Notes: generated by a model not told the origin, from the sequence alone. Positions 8,725 through 18,744 are shown, numbered from the stretch's first letter. The stretch: 24,000 bases of DNA from Leeia aquatica (GCF_012641365.1 NZ_JABAIM010000004.1:263663-287662); one strand, 5' to 3'. Program-made: numbers and translations.

Positions 8725-10120
8725 CGTGACCCAGCCCCAGTTCCTGAATCTTGCGGGTCAGGGTGTTGCGCCCCAGGCCCAGCAGCTGTGCAGCCTCGAT
8801 GCGGCGGCCATGGGTATGCTGCAAGGCCTCCTGAATCAGGGTGGCCTCGAAGCGGGCGGCGAGCGCCGGTAGGATATTGCTGTCGCCACGCTGCAGGGCA
8901 TCGCGGGCATGCTGTGCCAGATGCTGCAGCCAGTCACCCTGACTTGCGGCTGCAGATACGGCGGCATCCGTTTGGCGGAATTCCGGCGGCATGTCGGCCA
9001 GTTCAACCCGCTGCCCGGGCGCCATGACCGTGAGCCAGTGGCACAGGTTTTCCAGCTGACGGACATTGCCTGGCAAGGGATGCTGCGCCAGCAGCTGTAG
9101 CACAGCCTCACTCAGCTGCTTCGGCTCCACACCCAGCTCGCGGGCACTGCGCTGCAGGAAGTGCCGGGTCAGCAAAGGGATGTCCTGCGGGCGTTCACGC
9201 AAAGGGGGCAGCCGCAAGCGAATCACGTTCAGGCGGTGGAACAGGTCCTCCCGAAAGTGACCTTCCCGTACCCGGGTTTCCAGATCCTGATGGGTGGCGG
9301 CAATCACCCGCACATTGGCTTTGACCGGTTGATGACCGCCGACACGATAGAAATAGCCATCCGACAATACCCGCAGTAGCCGTGTTTGCAGCTCGGCAGG
9401 CATGTCGCCGATCTCGTCCAGAAACAGGGTGCCGCCATCTGCCTGCTCAAAGCGCCCCTGACGCTGGGTCTGGGCCCCGGTAAAGGCCCCCCGTTCATGA
9501 CCAAACAGCTCGGATTCAAGCAGATCGCGCGGGATGGCCGCAGTATTGATGGCAATGAAGGCGCGGTTATGGCGCGGGCTGTGGCGATGGAGGGCACGCG
9601 CCACCAGCTCCTTGCCGGAACCCGATTCCCCGGTAATCAAGACGGTGGCGATGGACTGGGACAAGCGGCCAATCGCGCGGAATACATCCTGCATGGCCGG
9701 GGCCTGGCCCAGCATGTCGGTACTGCTGGCGGGGGCCTCAGCATCGACCGGCTGGGTCGGGTTGGACGACAGCGCACGCTCGATCAGTGCCACGGCCTGG
9801 TCCACATCAAAGGGCTTGGGCAAATACTCGAAAGCACCGTGCTGGAAGGCGGCGACTGCGCTTTCCAGATCGGAATAGGCGGTCATGATGATGACCGGCA
9901 GCTGCGGCTGCTGTTGACGCAATTCACGCAGGAAATCCAGGCCATTTTCGCCCGGCATGCGGATGTCGCTGATCAGCACCTGCGGCACCTGGGTGGCCAA
10001 CGCGTCCCGTGCGCTGCTGACCTCGGCAAAGCTTTGGCAGGAAATTCCGGCCCGGCTCAGTGCCTTCTCGAACACCCAGCGAATGGAACGATCGTCATCG
10101 ACGATCCAGACTTGACTCAT
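8714..10120 (-). CDS. ntrC: Nitrogen regulation response regulator NtrC / NR(I), a sigma54 enhancer-binding protein
   Basis: 468-aa ORF. Receiver domain ([13 protein letters not shown]...[11 protein letters not shown]). AAA+ domain with Walker A GESGSGKE and the GAFTGA loop. C-terminal Fis-type HTH ([20 protein letters not shown]). ATGA overlap with ntrB. Confidence 0.95.
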   Translation of the reverse strand: MSQVWIVDDDRSIRWVFEKALSRAGISCQSFAEVSSARDALATQVPQVLISDIRMPGENGLDFLRELRQQQPQLPVIIMTAYSDLESAVAAFQHGAFEYLPKPFDVDQAVALIERALSSNPTQPVDAEAPASSTDMLGQAPAMQDVFRAIGRLSQSIATVLITGESGSGKELVARALHRHSPRHNRAFIAINTAAIPRDLLESELFGHERGAFTGAQTQRQGRFEQADGGTLFLDEIGDMPAELQTRLLRVLSDGYFYRVGGHQPVKANVRVIAATHQDLETRVREGHFREDLFHRLNVIRLRLPPLRERPQDIPLLTRHFLQRSARELGVEPKQLSEAVLQLLAQHPLPGNVRQLENLCHWLTVMAPGQRVELADMPPEFRQTDAAVSAAASQGDWLQHLAQHARDALQRGDSNILPALAARFEATLIQEALQHTHGRRIEAAQLLGLGRNTLTRKIQELGLGHGDD

Positions 10121-11211
10121 GCAGACTCCGCAACAGGGGTAAATTGCACTGGCAGCAGGATGGTAAACACGGTATGACCGGGGCGGCTCTCAAAGTCCAG
10201 TGTGCCACCATGCTGGTGCACGATGCTCTGCGCCAGCGAGAGGCCCAGCCCGGTACCCTCCGCCCGCCCGGTGACCAGCGGGTAAAAGACCTGTGGCTGC
10301 AAGGCGGGTGGAATGCCAGGACCACTGTCGATGATGTCCACCTGCACCGCCATGCCATGCCGCTTGCGATGTAAGGTCACTTGCCGGGCAATGCGGGTGC
10401 GCAAGCCGATCTCCCCCTGACCATTCAGCGCCTGCACTGCATTCTTGACGATATTGAGCACCACTTGCACCAGCTGCCCTCGATCAGCCAGTAATTCCGG
10501 CAGGCTGGCGTCGTAGTCACAGCGAAAATGAACGGCGCGATGAGTTTCGGCGCTGACCAGCTGGCGTACCCGCTCCAGCACCTCATGAATGTTCAGCCAG
10601 CCGGGCTGTGGACGCGGATTGCGGGTCAACAGGCGGTCCAGCAAGGCTTGCAGGCGGTCCGTTTCGCTGCGGATCACCTCGGTGTACTCATGCAGCGCCG
10701 GATCGGCCAGCTCATGCTCCAGCAATTGCGCGGCGCCCCGGATGCCACCCAGCGGGTTTTTGATCTCGTGTGCCAGATTGCGCATCAACTCGCGGTTTGC
10801 CGCCTGCTGACGTGCCATCTGCTCTTCCTGGACCACTTTCCATTGTGGGTCGACCGCCGTCAACTCAATCAGCAGGCCATCAGGCAGGGCGGGGTGGTCC
10901 AGCAGCGGAATCACATGCAGGTTGCCGTGCAGCTGCTGGCGGTGCGGTACGGTGCACAGGCGGATGTCGTACTCGCGGCAGGGGGCATGTTGCTGGCGGG
11001 CACGCTCCAGCGCCTGGTCCAGCCAAGGGCGGGCCTGGCTGTCAAACAGCTCGGGGAGCCGCTTGTCCAGCAGCATGCGCAGGCTGGTCCCCAGCCACTG
11101 CTCGGCCGCCGGGTTGGCATAGCGGAGCCGGTCCTCCGCATCCAGTGCGAACACGGCATGTTCCAGCCAGTCCAGCCCGGCAAAAGCGTCGACAACGACA
11201 GTCATGGTCAT
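10117..11211 (-). CDS. ntrB: Nitrogen regulation sensor histidine kinase NtrB / NR(II)
   Basis: PAS-like N-terminus (AVFALDAEDRLRYANPAAEQWLG). H-box LAHEIKNPLGGIRGAAQLL. N, G1 and G2 boxes (LNIVKNAVQA, DSGPGIP, GTGLGLS). The track ORF extends to 11322, but that extension covers the promoter region. ATGs at 11211 and 11205 (MTMTVVV) are the plausible starts, with AGGA upstream of the second. Confidence 0.92.
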   Translation of the reverse strand: MTMTVVVDAFAGLDWLEHAVFALDAEDRLRYANPAAEQWLGTSLRMLLDKRLPELFDSQARPWLDQALERARQQHAPCREYDIRLCTVPHRQQLHGNLHVIPLLDHPALPDGLLIELTAVDPQWKVVQEEQMARQQAANRELMRNLAHEIKNPLGGIRGAAQLLEHELADPALHEYTEVIRSETDRLQALLDRLLTRNPRPQPGWLNIHEVLERVRQLVSAETHRAVHFRCDYDASLPELLADRGQLVQVVLNIVKNAVQALNGQGEIGLRTRIARQVTLHRKRHGMAVQVDIIDSGPGIPPALQPQVFYPLVTGRAEGTGLGLSLAQSIVHQHGGTLDFESRPGHTVFTILLPVQFTPVAESA

Positions 11212-11286
11212 CCTGCATGGTGGCATTACGGCCATCCGGTTGGATGGTGTGCAGGACTCAGCAAGTTTTGCGCCAGAGCGGCATGC

Positions 11287-11303
11287 TGCAAATGCTGCAC
11301 CCA
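11287..11303 (-). promoter_or_regulatory. Candidate sigma54 (-24/-12) promoter for ntrBC
   Basis: The minus strand reads TGGGTGCAGCATTTGCA. GG (11301/11300) and GC (11289/11288) are separated by 10 nt. The -12 element TTGCA is perfect and the -24 element GGGTGC is partial. It lies about 75 nt upstream of the ntrB start. Confidence 0.5.
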
Positions 11304-11314
11304 GAGCAGCAGAT

Positions 11315-11331
11315 TGCACCATGCTGACGCA
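11315..11331. promoter_or_regulatory. Second, weaker NtrC-like site
   Basis: TGCACCATGCTGACGCA has a perfect left half and 4 of 6 matches in the right half. Its centre is 31 bp (about three helical turns) from the strong site. Confidence 0.4.
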
Positions 11332-11345
11332 TTAGGCAAGAATTC

Positions 11346-11362
11346 CGCACCAAAATGGTGCA
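11346..11362. promoter_or_regulatory. NtrC binding site (strong)
   Basis: The minus strand reads TGCACCATTTTGGTGCG, matching 16 of 17 positions of the enteric NtrC consensus TGCACCA-N3-TGGTGCA. It lies between the DUF4124 stop and the sigma54 motif. Confidence 0.7.
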
Positions 11363-11380
11363 AAATGAGGGTGATCGGGT

Positions 11381-11830
11381 TTAGTACTGCTTGACGCCAG
11401 CCAGCTCTTTCTTCAAGGCCTCGATGTTCTTCTCATGCAAGGTCACTTTGTTCTGGGCGCTGGCCAGTTGATCCGGGCTGGCCTTCTGGCTGGCGATGCT
11501 GGTGAGCTGCTTGCGGGCATCATCCAGCATGCGGTTTTCGTCATTCAGCTCCTCGGTGAGGATCTGGAAACGGGTGGCATCACGCCGTTTCTGGGTCTCG
11601 GTCTCTACCTTGGGGAAGCTGGCAGGCGTGGCGGCCGGGGCACCGCCGGCACTGGCACGGCGCGGGCTGGGGTTGACGCTACCCCCGGGGGTTTCATCCA
11701 CGATGACGCGCTGCGCGCCTTTAACCTGGGTATTGGTATAGGTAATGTTGCCGTTGGCATCCACCACTTTGAAGATGTCTGCCTGGGCCATGAAGGGCAG
11801 CGCCAGCAGCATAATGGGCAGCAGTTTCAT
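11381..11830 (-). CDS. Secreted DUF4124-like protein with a C-terminal coiled coil
   Basis: ATG at 11830 with an AAGAGG SD; the track start at 11836 is an upstream GTG. Signal peptide MKLLPIMLLALPFMAQA. IFKVVDANGNITYTN matches the DUF4124 signature (YKWxDxxGxxxYS) from memory. It has a Pro/Ala linker followed by a heptad-like C-terminus. Confidence 0.7.
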   Translation of the reverse strand: MKLLPIMLLALPFMAQADIFKVVDANGNITYTNTQVKGAQRVIVDETPGGSVNPSPRRASAGGAPAATPASFPKVETETQKRRDATRFQILTEELNDENRMLDDARKQLTSIASQKASPDQLASAQNKVTLHEKNIEALKKELAGVKQY

Positions 11831-11869
11831 GAACACACCTCTTAGTACGTTTTCGCAGGGGGAAAGTCC

Positions 11870-11898
11870 AGTTTATGCCAATGGCAAAAACAGTGCAA
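11870..11898 (-). promoter_or_regulatory. Candidate sigma70 promoter for the DUF4124 gene
   Basis: The minus strand reads TTGCAC (11898-11893), a 17-nt spacer, then TAAACT (11875-11870). The spacer contains the perfect palindrome TGCCAATGGCA (11876-11886). Confidence 0.35.
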
Positions 11899-11939
11899 GG
11901 GTTTGTTCTGAAAGCGGATTCCGCGCTGTTGCTTTTCTG

Positions 11940-12545
11940 CTAGAAGGAGAGGCCCAGGGCACGCAGGGCAGCCGCGGTGTCCGGCCCCGAGCGGTGGTGG
12001 ATGGCGTGCCAGCCGAGTGCACGTGCCCCTTCCACATTGTGTAATACATCGTCGATGAACACGCAAGCCTCTGCGGCGACGCCGATGTGTTGCAGCAGGT
12101 GCTGATAAATGGCCGGATCAGGCTTGGCCAGTTTCAGGCGTCCCGACACCGCAACATGGCGAAAGCGTTGCAGAAAAGGGTAGTGCTGCTCGGCGTAAGG
12201 GTAGGTTTCGGCAGACCAGTTGGTCAGGCCGTACAAAGGAATGTCTGCTGCGTGCAGGGATTCCAGCAATGCCACGCCGTCAGTCAGCGCGCCTTTCAGC
12301 ATCACCGGCCACTGCCCGTAGAAGGCCTTGATCAAGGTTTCATGCTGCGGAAAGGCAGCGATTTTTTCCGCTTCGGCTTCAGCAATGCTGCGCCCGGCAT
12401 CCTGTTGCAGGTTCCAGGCGGGATTGCACACTTCTTGCAGAAACCAGCGGCGCTCGGCTTCATCCGGAATCAAGGTCTGATACAGATACTCCGGGCTCCA
12501 GTCGAACAACACCCCGCCAAAATCAAATACCACCGCCTTGATCAT
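11940..12545 (-). CDS. HAD-superfamily hydrolase (subfamily IA-like phosphatase)
   Basis: ATG at 12545 with an AAGGAA SD. MIKAVVFDFGGVL carries HAD motif I (DxD-type), LTNW motif II, and K...FIDD motifs III/IV. The upstream in-frame extension in the track (to 12743) is non-HAD sequence and was rejected. Confidence 0.8.
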   Translation of the reverse strand: MIKAVVFDFGGVLFDWSPEYLYQTLIPDEAERRWFLQEVCNPAWNLQQDAGRSIAEAEAEKIAAFPQHETLIKAFYGQWPVMLKGALTDGVALLESLHAADIPLYGLTNWSAETYPYAEQHYPFLQRFRHVAVSGRLKLAKPDPAIYQHLLQHIGVAAEACVFIDDVLHNVEGARALGWHAIHHRSGPDTAAALRALGLSF

Positions 12546-12684
12546 GTCATTCCTTGCCGCTGGCCTGCTGAAGCTGACCATGCTGGCATGCGGCACCCGA
12601 TGTGGCAAGTTGTCCTGTTCCGTGTCAGACCACTTGGCCATGATGCGGTGTACTTGCCAAGGCACTACACGGGATCGGGGGGAC

Positions 12685-13407
12685 TTAGCCGGTGACCTGC
12701 GGACCTTCCAGAAACCGCAGGCCCACACCAGGCTCGGTGGCAATGTAGCGGGGCTTCAGCGGCGAGTCGCCCAGTTTCAGGCGCAACTTGCCGACCAGAA
12801 TGCGGATGTAGTGAGTGTCATCTGTATGGGTCATCCCCCAGATTTCCCGCAGGATCTGGGGCTGGGTGACCACACGGCCGCTGTGCTTGAGCAGCAAGAC
12901 CAGTAGCGCGTATTCCTTGCGCCCCAGCGTGATGAGCTCCCCGTCCAGGCGGACTTCGCGGCGGGCCTGATCAATACGCAGGTGTCCGTCATCGAACAGG
13001 GTGGGTGCCTCCTGGGCAGGCATGTTCTGCCTGAGCAGTACCCGGATTCGCGCCATGAGCTCCTGGGTGCCAAAGGGTTTGGTGACATAGTCATTTGCAC
13101 CCGCATCCAGCGCGGCCACCTTTTCCTGCTCACCTGCGCGCACGGAGAGCATGACAACGGGAACCTGTGACCACTGACGCAGCGCTTTCAGAACCTCGTG
13201 TCCATCCATGTCCGGCAGCCCAATGTCCAGGATCACAAGGTCAGCACCCAGGGCCGCCAGTTTTTCCAGCCCGCCCTGCCCGGTTTCTGCCTGTACGACC
13301 GTATAACCCTGTGCCCGCAGGCCGATGTCGAGGAAACGACGAATCTGAGGCTCGTCGTCGATCACCAGAATGCGTGTGGACGTGGATGCAGAGGTATCAG
13401 TGACCAT
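12685..13407 (-). CDS. kdpE: OmpR-family response regulator KdpE
   Basis: 240-aa ORF with a receiver domain (ILVIDDEPQIRRFL...ILDIGLPDMDG) and a winged-helix output domain (LTLGRKEYALLVLLLKHSGRVVT...IRILVGKLRLKL). It overlaps the kdpD stop by 11 nt. Confidence 0.93.
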   Translation of the reverse strand: MVTDTSASTSTRILVIDDEPQIRRFLDIGLRAQGYTVVQAETGQGGLEKLAALGADLVILDIGLPDMDGHEVLKALRQWSQVPVVMLSVRAGEQEKVAALDAGANDYVTKPFGTQELMARIRVLLRQNMPAQEAPTLFDDGHLRIDQARREVRLDGELITLGRKEYALLVLLLKHSGRVVTQPQILREIWGMTHTDDTHYIRILVGKLRLKLGDSPLKPRYIATEPGVGLRFLEGPQVTG

Positions 13408-16057
13408 CAGCCCTCTCTGAAGAGGCGGGTACCAACAGCGGTAGCCGGATGCGGATCAGTGTGCCTTGTCCCGCTCTGGGCGGCAAGGCCTCGATACTGC
13501 CGCCATGTGCGCCCACCATCCCCTGCGCAATGCTCAAGCCGAGGCCGGTGCCCTGGCGCCCACGGTCTCCGCGTTCAACGGAATAGAACATGTCAAAAAT
13601 CCGGCTACGCTCATCTTCTGGAATGCCAGGTCCGTGATCACGGATGTCCAGCTGCAGTTGTTCCTCTGCCAACTGGGCGGAAATGTCGATGGCCTCGCCC
13701 GGCGGAGAGAATTTGGCGGCATTCTCCAGTACATTGAACAAGGCCTGCTCCACCAGCGCCGGATGCACCCAGATGGGTGCAAGATCCGGCTGAATCAGGA
13801 CATTGAGGCGGACATCCGGCTGATACCGCCGGAGCCGGCCGGTGGCGGACCCGATCAGCTCATCTACCCCGATCCAGTCGCGCTTCAGGCTCAGCCCATT
13901 GTGCCCTAGCCGGGTCATGTCCAGCAGGTTCTGGATATAACGGTCCAGACGTTCACCTTCTTGCAAGATGGCATCCAGCAGCGATTTGCGATCTGCAGCA
14001 CTGATGGCGTCACTGTAATTGCTCAAGCTGCTGGCCGATCCAATCATGGCGGTCAAAGGTGAGCGCAAGTCGTGCGAAACCGAAGAGAGCAAGGCGGAGC
14101 GCAGGCGCTCTGCCTCATTGCTGACCCGTGCGCTTTCCAGCTCCGCAACCAGTCGGGTACGCTGAACCGCCTGCGCTATGCCTTCCACCATGGCTTCCGC
14201 CAAGCGTCGCTGTTCTGCAGACAGGCGAGCTTCATGTGCGCCAAATTGCAGGCCGATGACGCCAACCGCCTGCCCCCCGTTCAAGAGCGGCAGAAACCAC
14301 CAGGAAGCACCTGCTAGGGTATCGGTATAGCGTCCGGCCAGTTGAGCATGATGCAATGCCCAGTCTGCGGCACCCCGGTCCAGGCTTTCCAGCACACTGC
14401 CGCTGGATTGCTCGGCAAGCGTACCGACCTCCAGCCGCACGCGTGCCTGCAGGTGCTGCTCCAGCACCGTTCGGCCTGCGCGTAAAACCTCGCCCAGGTC
14501 CGCTGCAGTACTGAGCGTCCGCCCGAGCTCCTGCAGGGCGGTGGCGTGGGCATTGGCGGCTCGCAAGGCGAGGACCTGCATGCGCAATTGTGAAGCCAGC
14601 CGCCCTGCTGCCAGCGCCGCCGCCAGAAACAGAAAGACCGTGGCAAAACCCTGGCTGGCCCCGATATAGAAGGTGAGGCGAGGCTCAATAAAGAAGAAGT
14701 TATAGGCAAAAAAGCACAGTATCGCGGTTAATGCTGAAGCCGTCATGCGTGTACGGGCGGCCACCAGCACAACGGCAACAATGAACACCATGGAGAGGTC
14801 ATGCAAGCCCAGCCAACGCTCCGCGCCCCAGGCCATGCCGGTGGCAAAGATCGAGGCGAGTGCGGCCAGGGGCACATCCTGCCAGCTGAAGGGCGATACG
14901 GACCGGCATTTCTGCATTCGGGCCTTCATCCGGAAACTGGGTGTGCCAATGATGACCAGCTCATAGTGCGTTCCTCTCTGCAGGAGTTGCTGCGTCAACG
15001 TCCGGTTGAACATGCGCGCGATCGGCCGCTCACGCGTGCGTCCGATCACCAGCGTGGAGGCGCCCGCCCGCTCGGCATGCGCAAGCAAGGCTTCCGCGAC
15101 ACTGCTGCCATACAGCACTTCGGTGTCTGCTCCCAGACTGCGTGCCAAGGCAAAGGCCTGGTCCAGCGCGGCCTGACGGGCTGCATCAACGCTGCCCCCC
15201 GGCTGGACCGAGATGACACTCCAGGGCGCATCCCGCCGCTCTGCCATGCGTCGTCCCGCGCGGACCAGGTATTCTGACGCGCCCAGGCCATCTACGGCAA
15301 CCAGTACCCTGCGCCGCAAAGCGACACCAGGCAGCCCCCTGGCCTGCTGAGAGGCCCGAAAGTCACCTTCCACACAGTCTGCCGCCGTTTGCATGGCAAG
15401 CTCACGCAAGGCTGCCAGGTTGGCGGGCGAGAAGAAGGCTTGCAGTGCACGCTCCGCCTGATCCGGAATGTAGACCTTGCCTTGATTCAGCCGCTCGATC
15501 AACTCACGCGGTGGCAGGTCCACCAGACGGATGTCACGCAAGCGGTCCAGCACCGCATCAGGCACCGTCTCGCTGACGCGCACACCGGTAATGCGATACA
15601 CCACATCGTTCAGGCTCTCCAGATGCTGGACGTTGACGGCTGAGTAGACGTCGATTCCAGCATCCATCAACTCCACGACATCCTGCCAGCGGCGCTCATG
15701 GCGGCTGCCGGGGGCATTGCGGTGCGCCAGCTCATCCACCACTACCACTTTCGGGCTTCTGGCCAGGATGGTGTCCGTATCGAGCTCATCGAGCGTATGC
15801 CCCTGGTAGCTCACCACCCGCCGCGGGATCAGCTCAAGCCCACTCAACAAGGCGGCTGTTTCGGTGCGGCCATGGGTTTCTACCAGCCCGATGACAATAT
15901 CCACCCCTTGCTTTTGTAGTTCCTTGGCACGGGACAGCATGGCGTAGGTTTTTCCTACCCCGGGCGCTGCGCCAAGGAAAATGGTCAGCTGCCCGGCTTT
16001 CTGACGCTGCAGCTCCTGTATCAGGGCATCGGCTTTGGCATCGCGATCGTCATTCAT
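13397..16057 (-). CDS. kdpD: Sensor histidine kinase KdpD
   Basis: 886-aa ORF. N-terminal KdpD domain with a P-loop (GAAPGVGKTYAM), a Usp-like region, four TM helices and a GAF-like region. H-box SHDLRSPLT. Catalytic boxes DHGPGIP and GTGLGLSIA. Confidence 0.95.
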   Translation of the reverse strand: MNDDRDAKADALIQELQRQKAGQLTIFLGAAPGVGKTYAMLSRAKELQKQGVDIVIGLVETHGRTETAALLSGLELIPRRVVSYQGHTLDELDTDTILARSPKVVVVDELAHRNAPGSRHERRWQDVVELMDAGIDVYSAVNVQHLESLNDVVYRITGVRVSETVPDAVLDRLRDIRLVDLPPRELIERLNQGKVYIPDQAERALQAFFSPANLAALRELAMQTAADCVEGDFRASQQARGLPGVALRRRVLVAVDGLGASEYLVRAGRRMAERRDAPWSVISVQPGGSVDAARQAALDQAFALARSLGADTEVLYGSSVAEALLAHAERAGASTLVIGRTRERPIARMFNRTLTQQLLQRGTHYELVIIGTPSFRMKARMQKCRSVSPFSWQDVPLAALASIFATGMAWGAERWLGLHDLSMVFIVAVVLVAARTRMTASALTAILCFFAYNFFFIEPRLTFYIGASQGFATVFLFLAAALAAGRLASQLRMQVLALRAANAHATALQELGRTLSTAADLGEVLRAGRTVLEQHLQARVRLEVGTLAEQSSGSVLESLDRGAADWALHHAQLAGRYTDTLAGASWWFLPLLNGGQAVGVIGLQFGAHEARLSAEQRRLAEAMVEGIAQAVQRTRLVAELESARVSNEAERLRSALLSSVSHDLRSPLTAMIGSASSLSNYSDAISAADRKSLLDAILQEGERLDRYIQNLLDMTRLGHNGLSLKRDWIGVDELIGSATGRLRRYQPDVRLNVLIQPDLAPIWVHPALVEQALFNVLENAAKFSPPGEAIDISAQLAEEQLQLDIRDHGPGIPEDERSRIFDMFYSVERGDRGRQGTGLGLSIAQGMVGAHGGSIEALPPRAGQGTLIRIRLPLLVPASSERADGH

Positions 16058-16079
16058 GGGGCAGCCTCTCTGCGTAATG

Positions 16080-16667
16080 TTACTTCAAGGTGTCCAGAGC
16101 CAGATTCAGTGCAAGCACGTTGACCCGGGGTTGACCCAACAGGCCGAACTGCTTGCCTTCTGTATGGGCCGAGACCAGCTTGGCGACCTGCTCCGCAGGC
16201 AGATGGCGCGCTTGTGCGACGCGGGCGATTTGTAGGCGTGCGGCTTCCGGGCTGATGTGCGGATCACTGCCACTGCCAGACTGTGTGAACAGATCCGCGG
16301 GTACGCGTTCGAGCGGCACGCCTTCACGCTGGGCAACGGCTTTGCGCGCCGCTGTGATTCGCTGCATGAGCTCGGGGTTGGAATGCGCCAGATTACTGCC
16401 GGCCATGGCCATGGGATCATGACCGGATGCGGTGGGTCGCCCCATGAAGTATCGCGCTGATGCGAAAGGTTGCGAGACCAGGGTAGAGCCTGCGACCACC
16501 CCATCCCGGGTGACCAGACTACCGGTGGCGGTGTAGGGAGACAGGGCGCGGCCCAGTCCTGTCGCCAACAGGGAGTAGGTCAGCCCGAAGCCGAGCAGAG
16601 TCAGCATGGCCATTCCCAAGGCCGGGCGTAGCAGGCGGGTTTGCGGGGTGATATCAACGGTATTCAT
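16080..16667 (-). CDS. kdpC: K+-transporting ATPase subunit KdpC
   Basis: ATG at 16667 with a GAGGAG SD, 10 nt after the kdpB stop. Single N-terminal TM segment. The motifs SGSNLA-like (AGSNLAHSNPEL) and GSGSDPHISPEAA are typical of KdpC. Confidence 0.9.
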   Translation of the reverse strand: MNTVDITPQTRLLRPALGMAMLTLLGFGLTYSLLATGLGRALSPYTATGSLVTRDGVVAGSTLVSQPFASARYFMGRPTASGHDPMAMAGSNLAHSNPELMQRITAARKAVAQREGVPLERVPADLFTQSGSGSDPHISPEAARLQIARVAQARHLPAEQVAKLVSAHTEGKQFGLLGQPRVNVLALNLALDTLK

Positions 16668-16677
16668 GGCAATCTCC

Positions 16678-18732
16678 TCATGCGCCAAAGGTGGCATGCA
16701 ACAGCATGTCGATCAACTTGATGGCCGGGAACGGCAGGATGATGCCGCCGAGCCCATACACCAGCATGTTGCGTCGTAACAGCGCCGTTGCGGTTGACGG
16801 GCGGAAGCGTACTCCGCGCAGCGCCAGCGGGATCAGCGCCGGGATGATGATCGCGTTGAACAGCAAGGCGGCAATCACCGCATTGTTCGGGCTGGACAGC
16901 TGCATGACATTCAGCGTGGCCATGGCGGGAATCGCACCGGCAAACAGCGCGGGCAGGATGGCAAAGTACTTGGATACATCATTGGCCAGAGAGAAGGTGG
17001 TGAGCGCCCCGCGGGTGATCAGCTGCTGCTTGCCGATTTCTACCACCTGCAGCAGTTTGGCGGGATCGTTGTCCAGATCGACCATATTGCCGGCTTCCTT
17101 GGCGGCCTGTGTTCCTGAGTTCATGGCCAGACCGACATCTGCCTGGGCCAGTGCCGGGGCATCGTTGGTGCCGTCACCGACCATGGCGACCAGTCGGCCA
17201 CCTGCCTGTTCCTTGCGGATACGGGCCAGCTTGTCCTCGGGGGTTGCCTCCGCAATGTAATCGTCGACCCCGGCTTCGGCCGCTATGGCGGCTGCGGTCA
17301 AGGGGTTGTCCCCGGTGATCATGATGGTTTTGACCCCCATCGCCCGGAAGTGCGCAAACTTCTCCTTGATGCCGTGTTTCACCACATCGGAGAGCTCCAC
17401 CACGCCCAGCAGATGCTTGCCATCCGATACCACCAGCGGGGTGGCCCCTTTGCGGGCAACCGCCTCAACCCGGTTGGCCAGTTCAAGCGGGACTTGCCCA
17501 CCGAGCGACTGCACATGGCGACTGATGGCATCCATGGCCCCTTTGCGGATGGTGCGCCCGTCTGGCAGGTCGACGCCGGACATGCGGGTGTGTGCGCTGA
17601 AGGCCACAAAGTGTGCCTGTTCTGGCTCCTCCAGCGACTCACCGGGCTGGCGTGCCAGCTTGACGATGGATTTACCCTCAGGGGTGGGGTCCGCCAGCGA
17701 GGACAGCAAGGCCGCTTCACGTAACGCGGCATGGTCGATGCCAGCCAATGCATGGAAGGCGGTCGCCTGGCGGTCGCCATAGGTAATGGTTCCCGTCTTG
17801 TCCAGCAGCAGCACATCAACATCGCCTGCCACCTCCACCGCTTTGCCGGATTTGGCCAATACATTGGCGGACAGCGCCCGGTTCATCCCGGCAATCCCGA
17901 TGGCTGGCAGCAAGCCGCCAATCGTTGTGGGGATCAGGCAGACCAGCAAGGCGACCAGCAGCAAGGGATTGAGCGTGACACCCACAAAGCCCGCAATAAA
18001 GGGGAGGGTGGCGACCACCAGCAGGAAGGTGATCGTCATGGTGAACAGCAACAAGCCGAGAGCCACTTCGTTCGGGGTTTTCTGCCGGTTTGCACCTTCA
18101 ACCAGGGCAATCATGCGATCCAGGAAGCTATGTCCGGGTGCCACCGTAATCTTGACCACAATCTCGTCTGACAACACCTTGGTGCCGCCAATCACGCCAG
18201 AGCGGTCGGTTCCCGCCTCACGTAGTACGGGGGCAGATTCACCGGTCACGGCCGATTCATTGATGGTGGCCAGACCCTGCACGATTTCGCCATCCGCCGG
18301 GATGATCTCACCGGCAGAGACCAGCACCAGATCGCCAGGTTGTAAATCGGCGCCAGCGACAGTGGTGGTCTGGTGACGTTGTGTCGGATCGGACAGCCGC
18401 CGTGCAACCAGCGACTGACGCGCCCGGCGCAGCGAGGCCGCCTGGCCCCGGCCACGGGCTTCGGCGATGGCCTCTGCGAAGTTGGCAAACCAGACCGTAA
18501 CGAACAGCAGGCTCGTCACCGTCCAGCCCAGTTTGGGGCTGGATGCGCCCGTCAGGGTCAAGACGGCGGTGAGTACCGTTCCGACCCAGACCACAGCCAT
18601 GACCGGGTTCTTGAACGCATGCTGGGGTGCCAGTTTGGTAAAGGATGCACCCAGCGCGGCCTTGAATCCCGCGGCATCCAGCAAAGCCTGGTGGGTCTTG
18701 CGTTGAGTGGGGGAGGAAGTGAATGAGGTCAT
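16678..18732 (-). CDS. kdpB: K+-transporting P-type ATPase catalytic subunit KdpB
   Basis: 684-aa ORF with the P-type motifs [21 protein letters not shown] and [18 protein letters not shown]. Confidence 0.97.
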   Translation of the reverse strand: MTSFTSSPTQRKTHQALLDAAGFKAALGASFTKLAPQHAFKNPVMAVVWVGTVLTAVLTLTGASSPKLGWTVTSLLFVTVWFANFAEAIAEARGRGQAASLRRARQSLVARRLSDPTQRHQTTTVAGADLQPGDLVLVSAGEIIPADGEIVQGLATINESAVTGESAPVLREAGTDRSGVIGGTKVLSDEIVVKITVAPGHSFLDRMIALVEGANRQKTPNEVALGLLLFTMTITFLLVVATLPFIAGFVGVTLNPLLLVALLVCLIPTTIGGLLPAIGIAGMNRALSANVLAKSGKAVEVAGDVDVLLLDKTGTITYGDRQATAFHALAGIDHAALREAALLSSLADPTPEGKSIVKLARQPGESLEEPEQAHFVAFSAHTRMSGVDLPDGRTIRKGAMDAISRHVQSLGGQVPLELANRVEAVARKGATPLVVSDGKHLLGVVELSDVVKHGIKEKFAHFRAMGVKTIMITGDNPLTAAAIAAEAGVDDYIAEATPEDKLARIRKEQAGGRLVAMVGDGTNDAPALAQADVGLAMNSGTQAAKEAGNMVDLDNDPAKLLQVVEIGKQQLITRGALTTFSLANDVSKYFAILPALFAGAIPAMATLNVMQLSSPNNAVIAALLFNAIIIPALIPLALRGVRFRPSTATALLRRNMLVYGLGGIILPFPAIKLIDMLLHATFGA

Positions 18733-18744
18733 GACAGGATATCC

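Noticed and set aside
12644-12659. A sigma54-like motif, TGGCAAGTACACCGCA (minus strand), about 100 nt upstream of the HAD hydrolase.
   Set aside because: The GG-N10-GC spacing is correct, but the -12 box is CCGCA and lacks the conserved T before GC. No enhancer-like dyads lie upstream, which is kdpE coding sequence. A chance match is likely.
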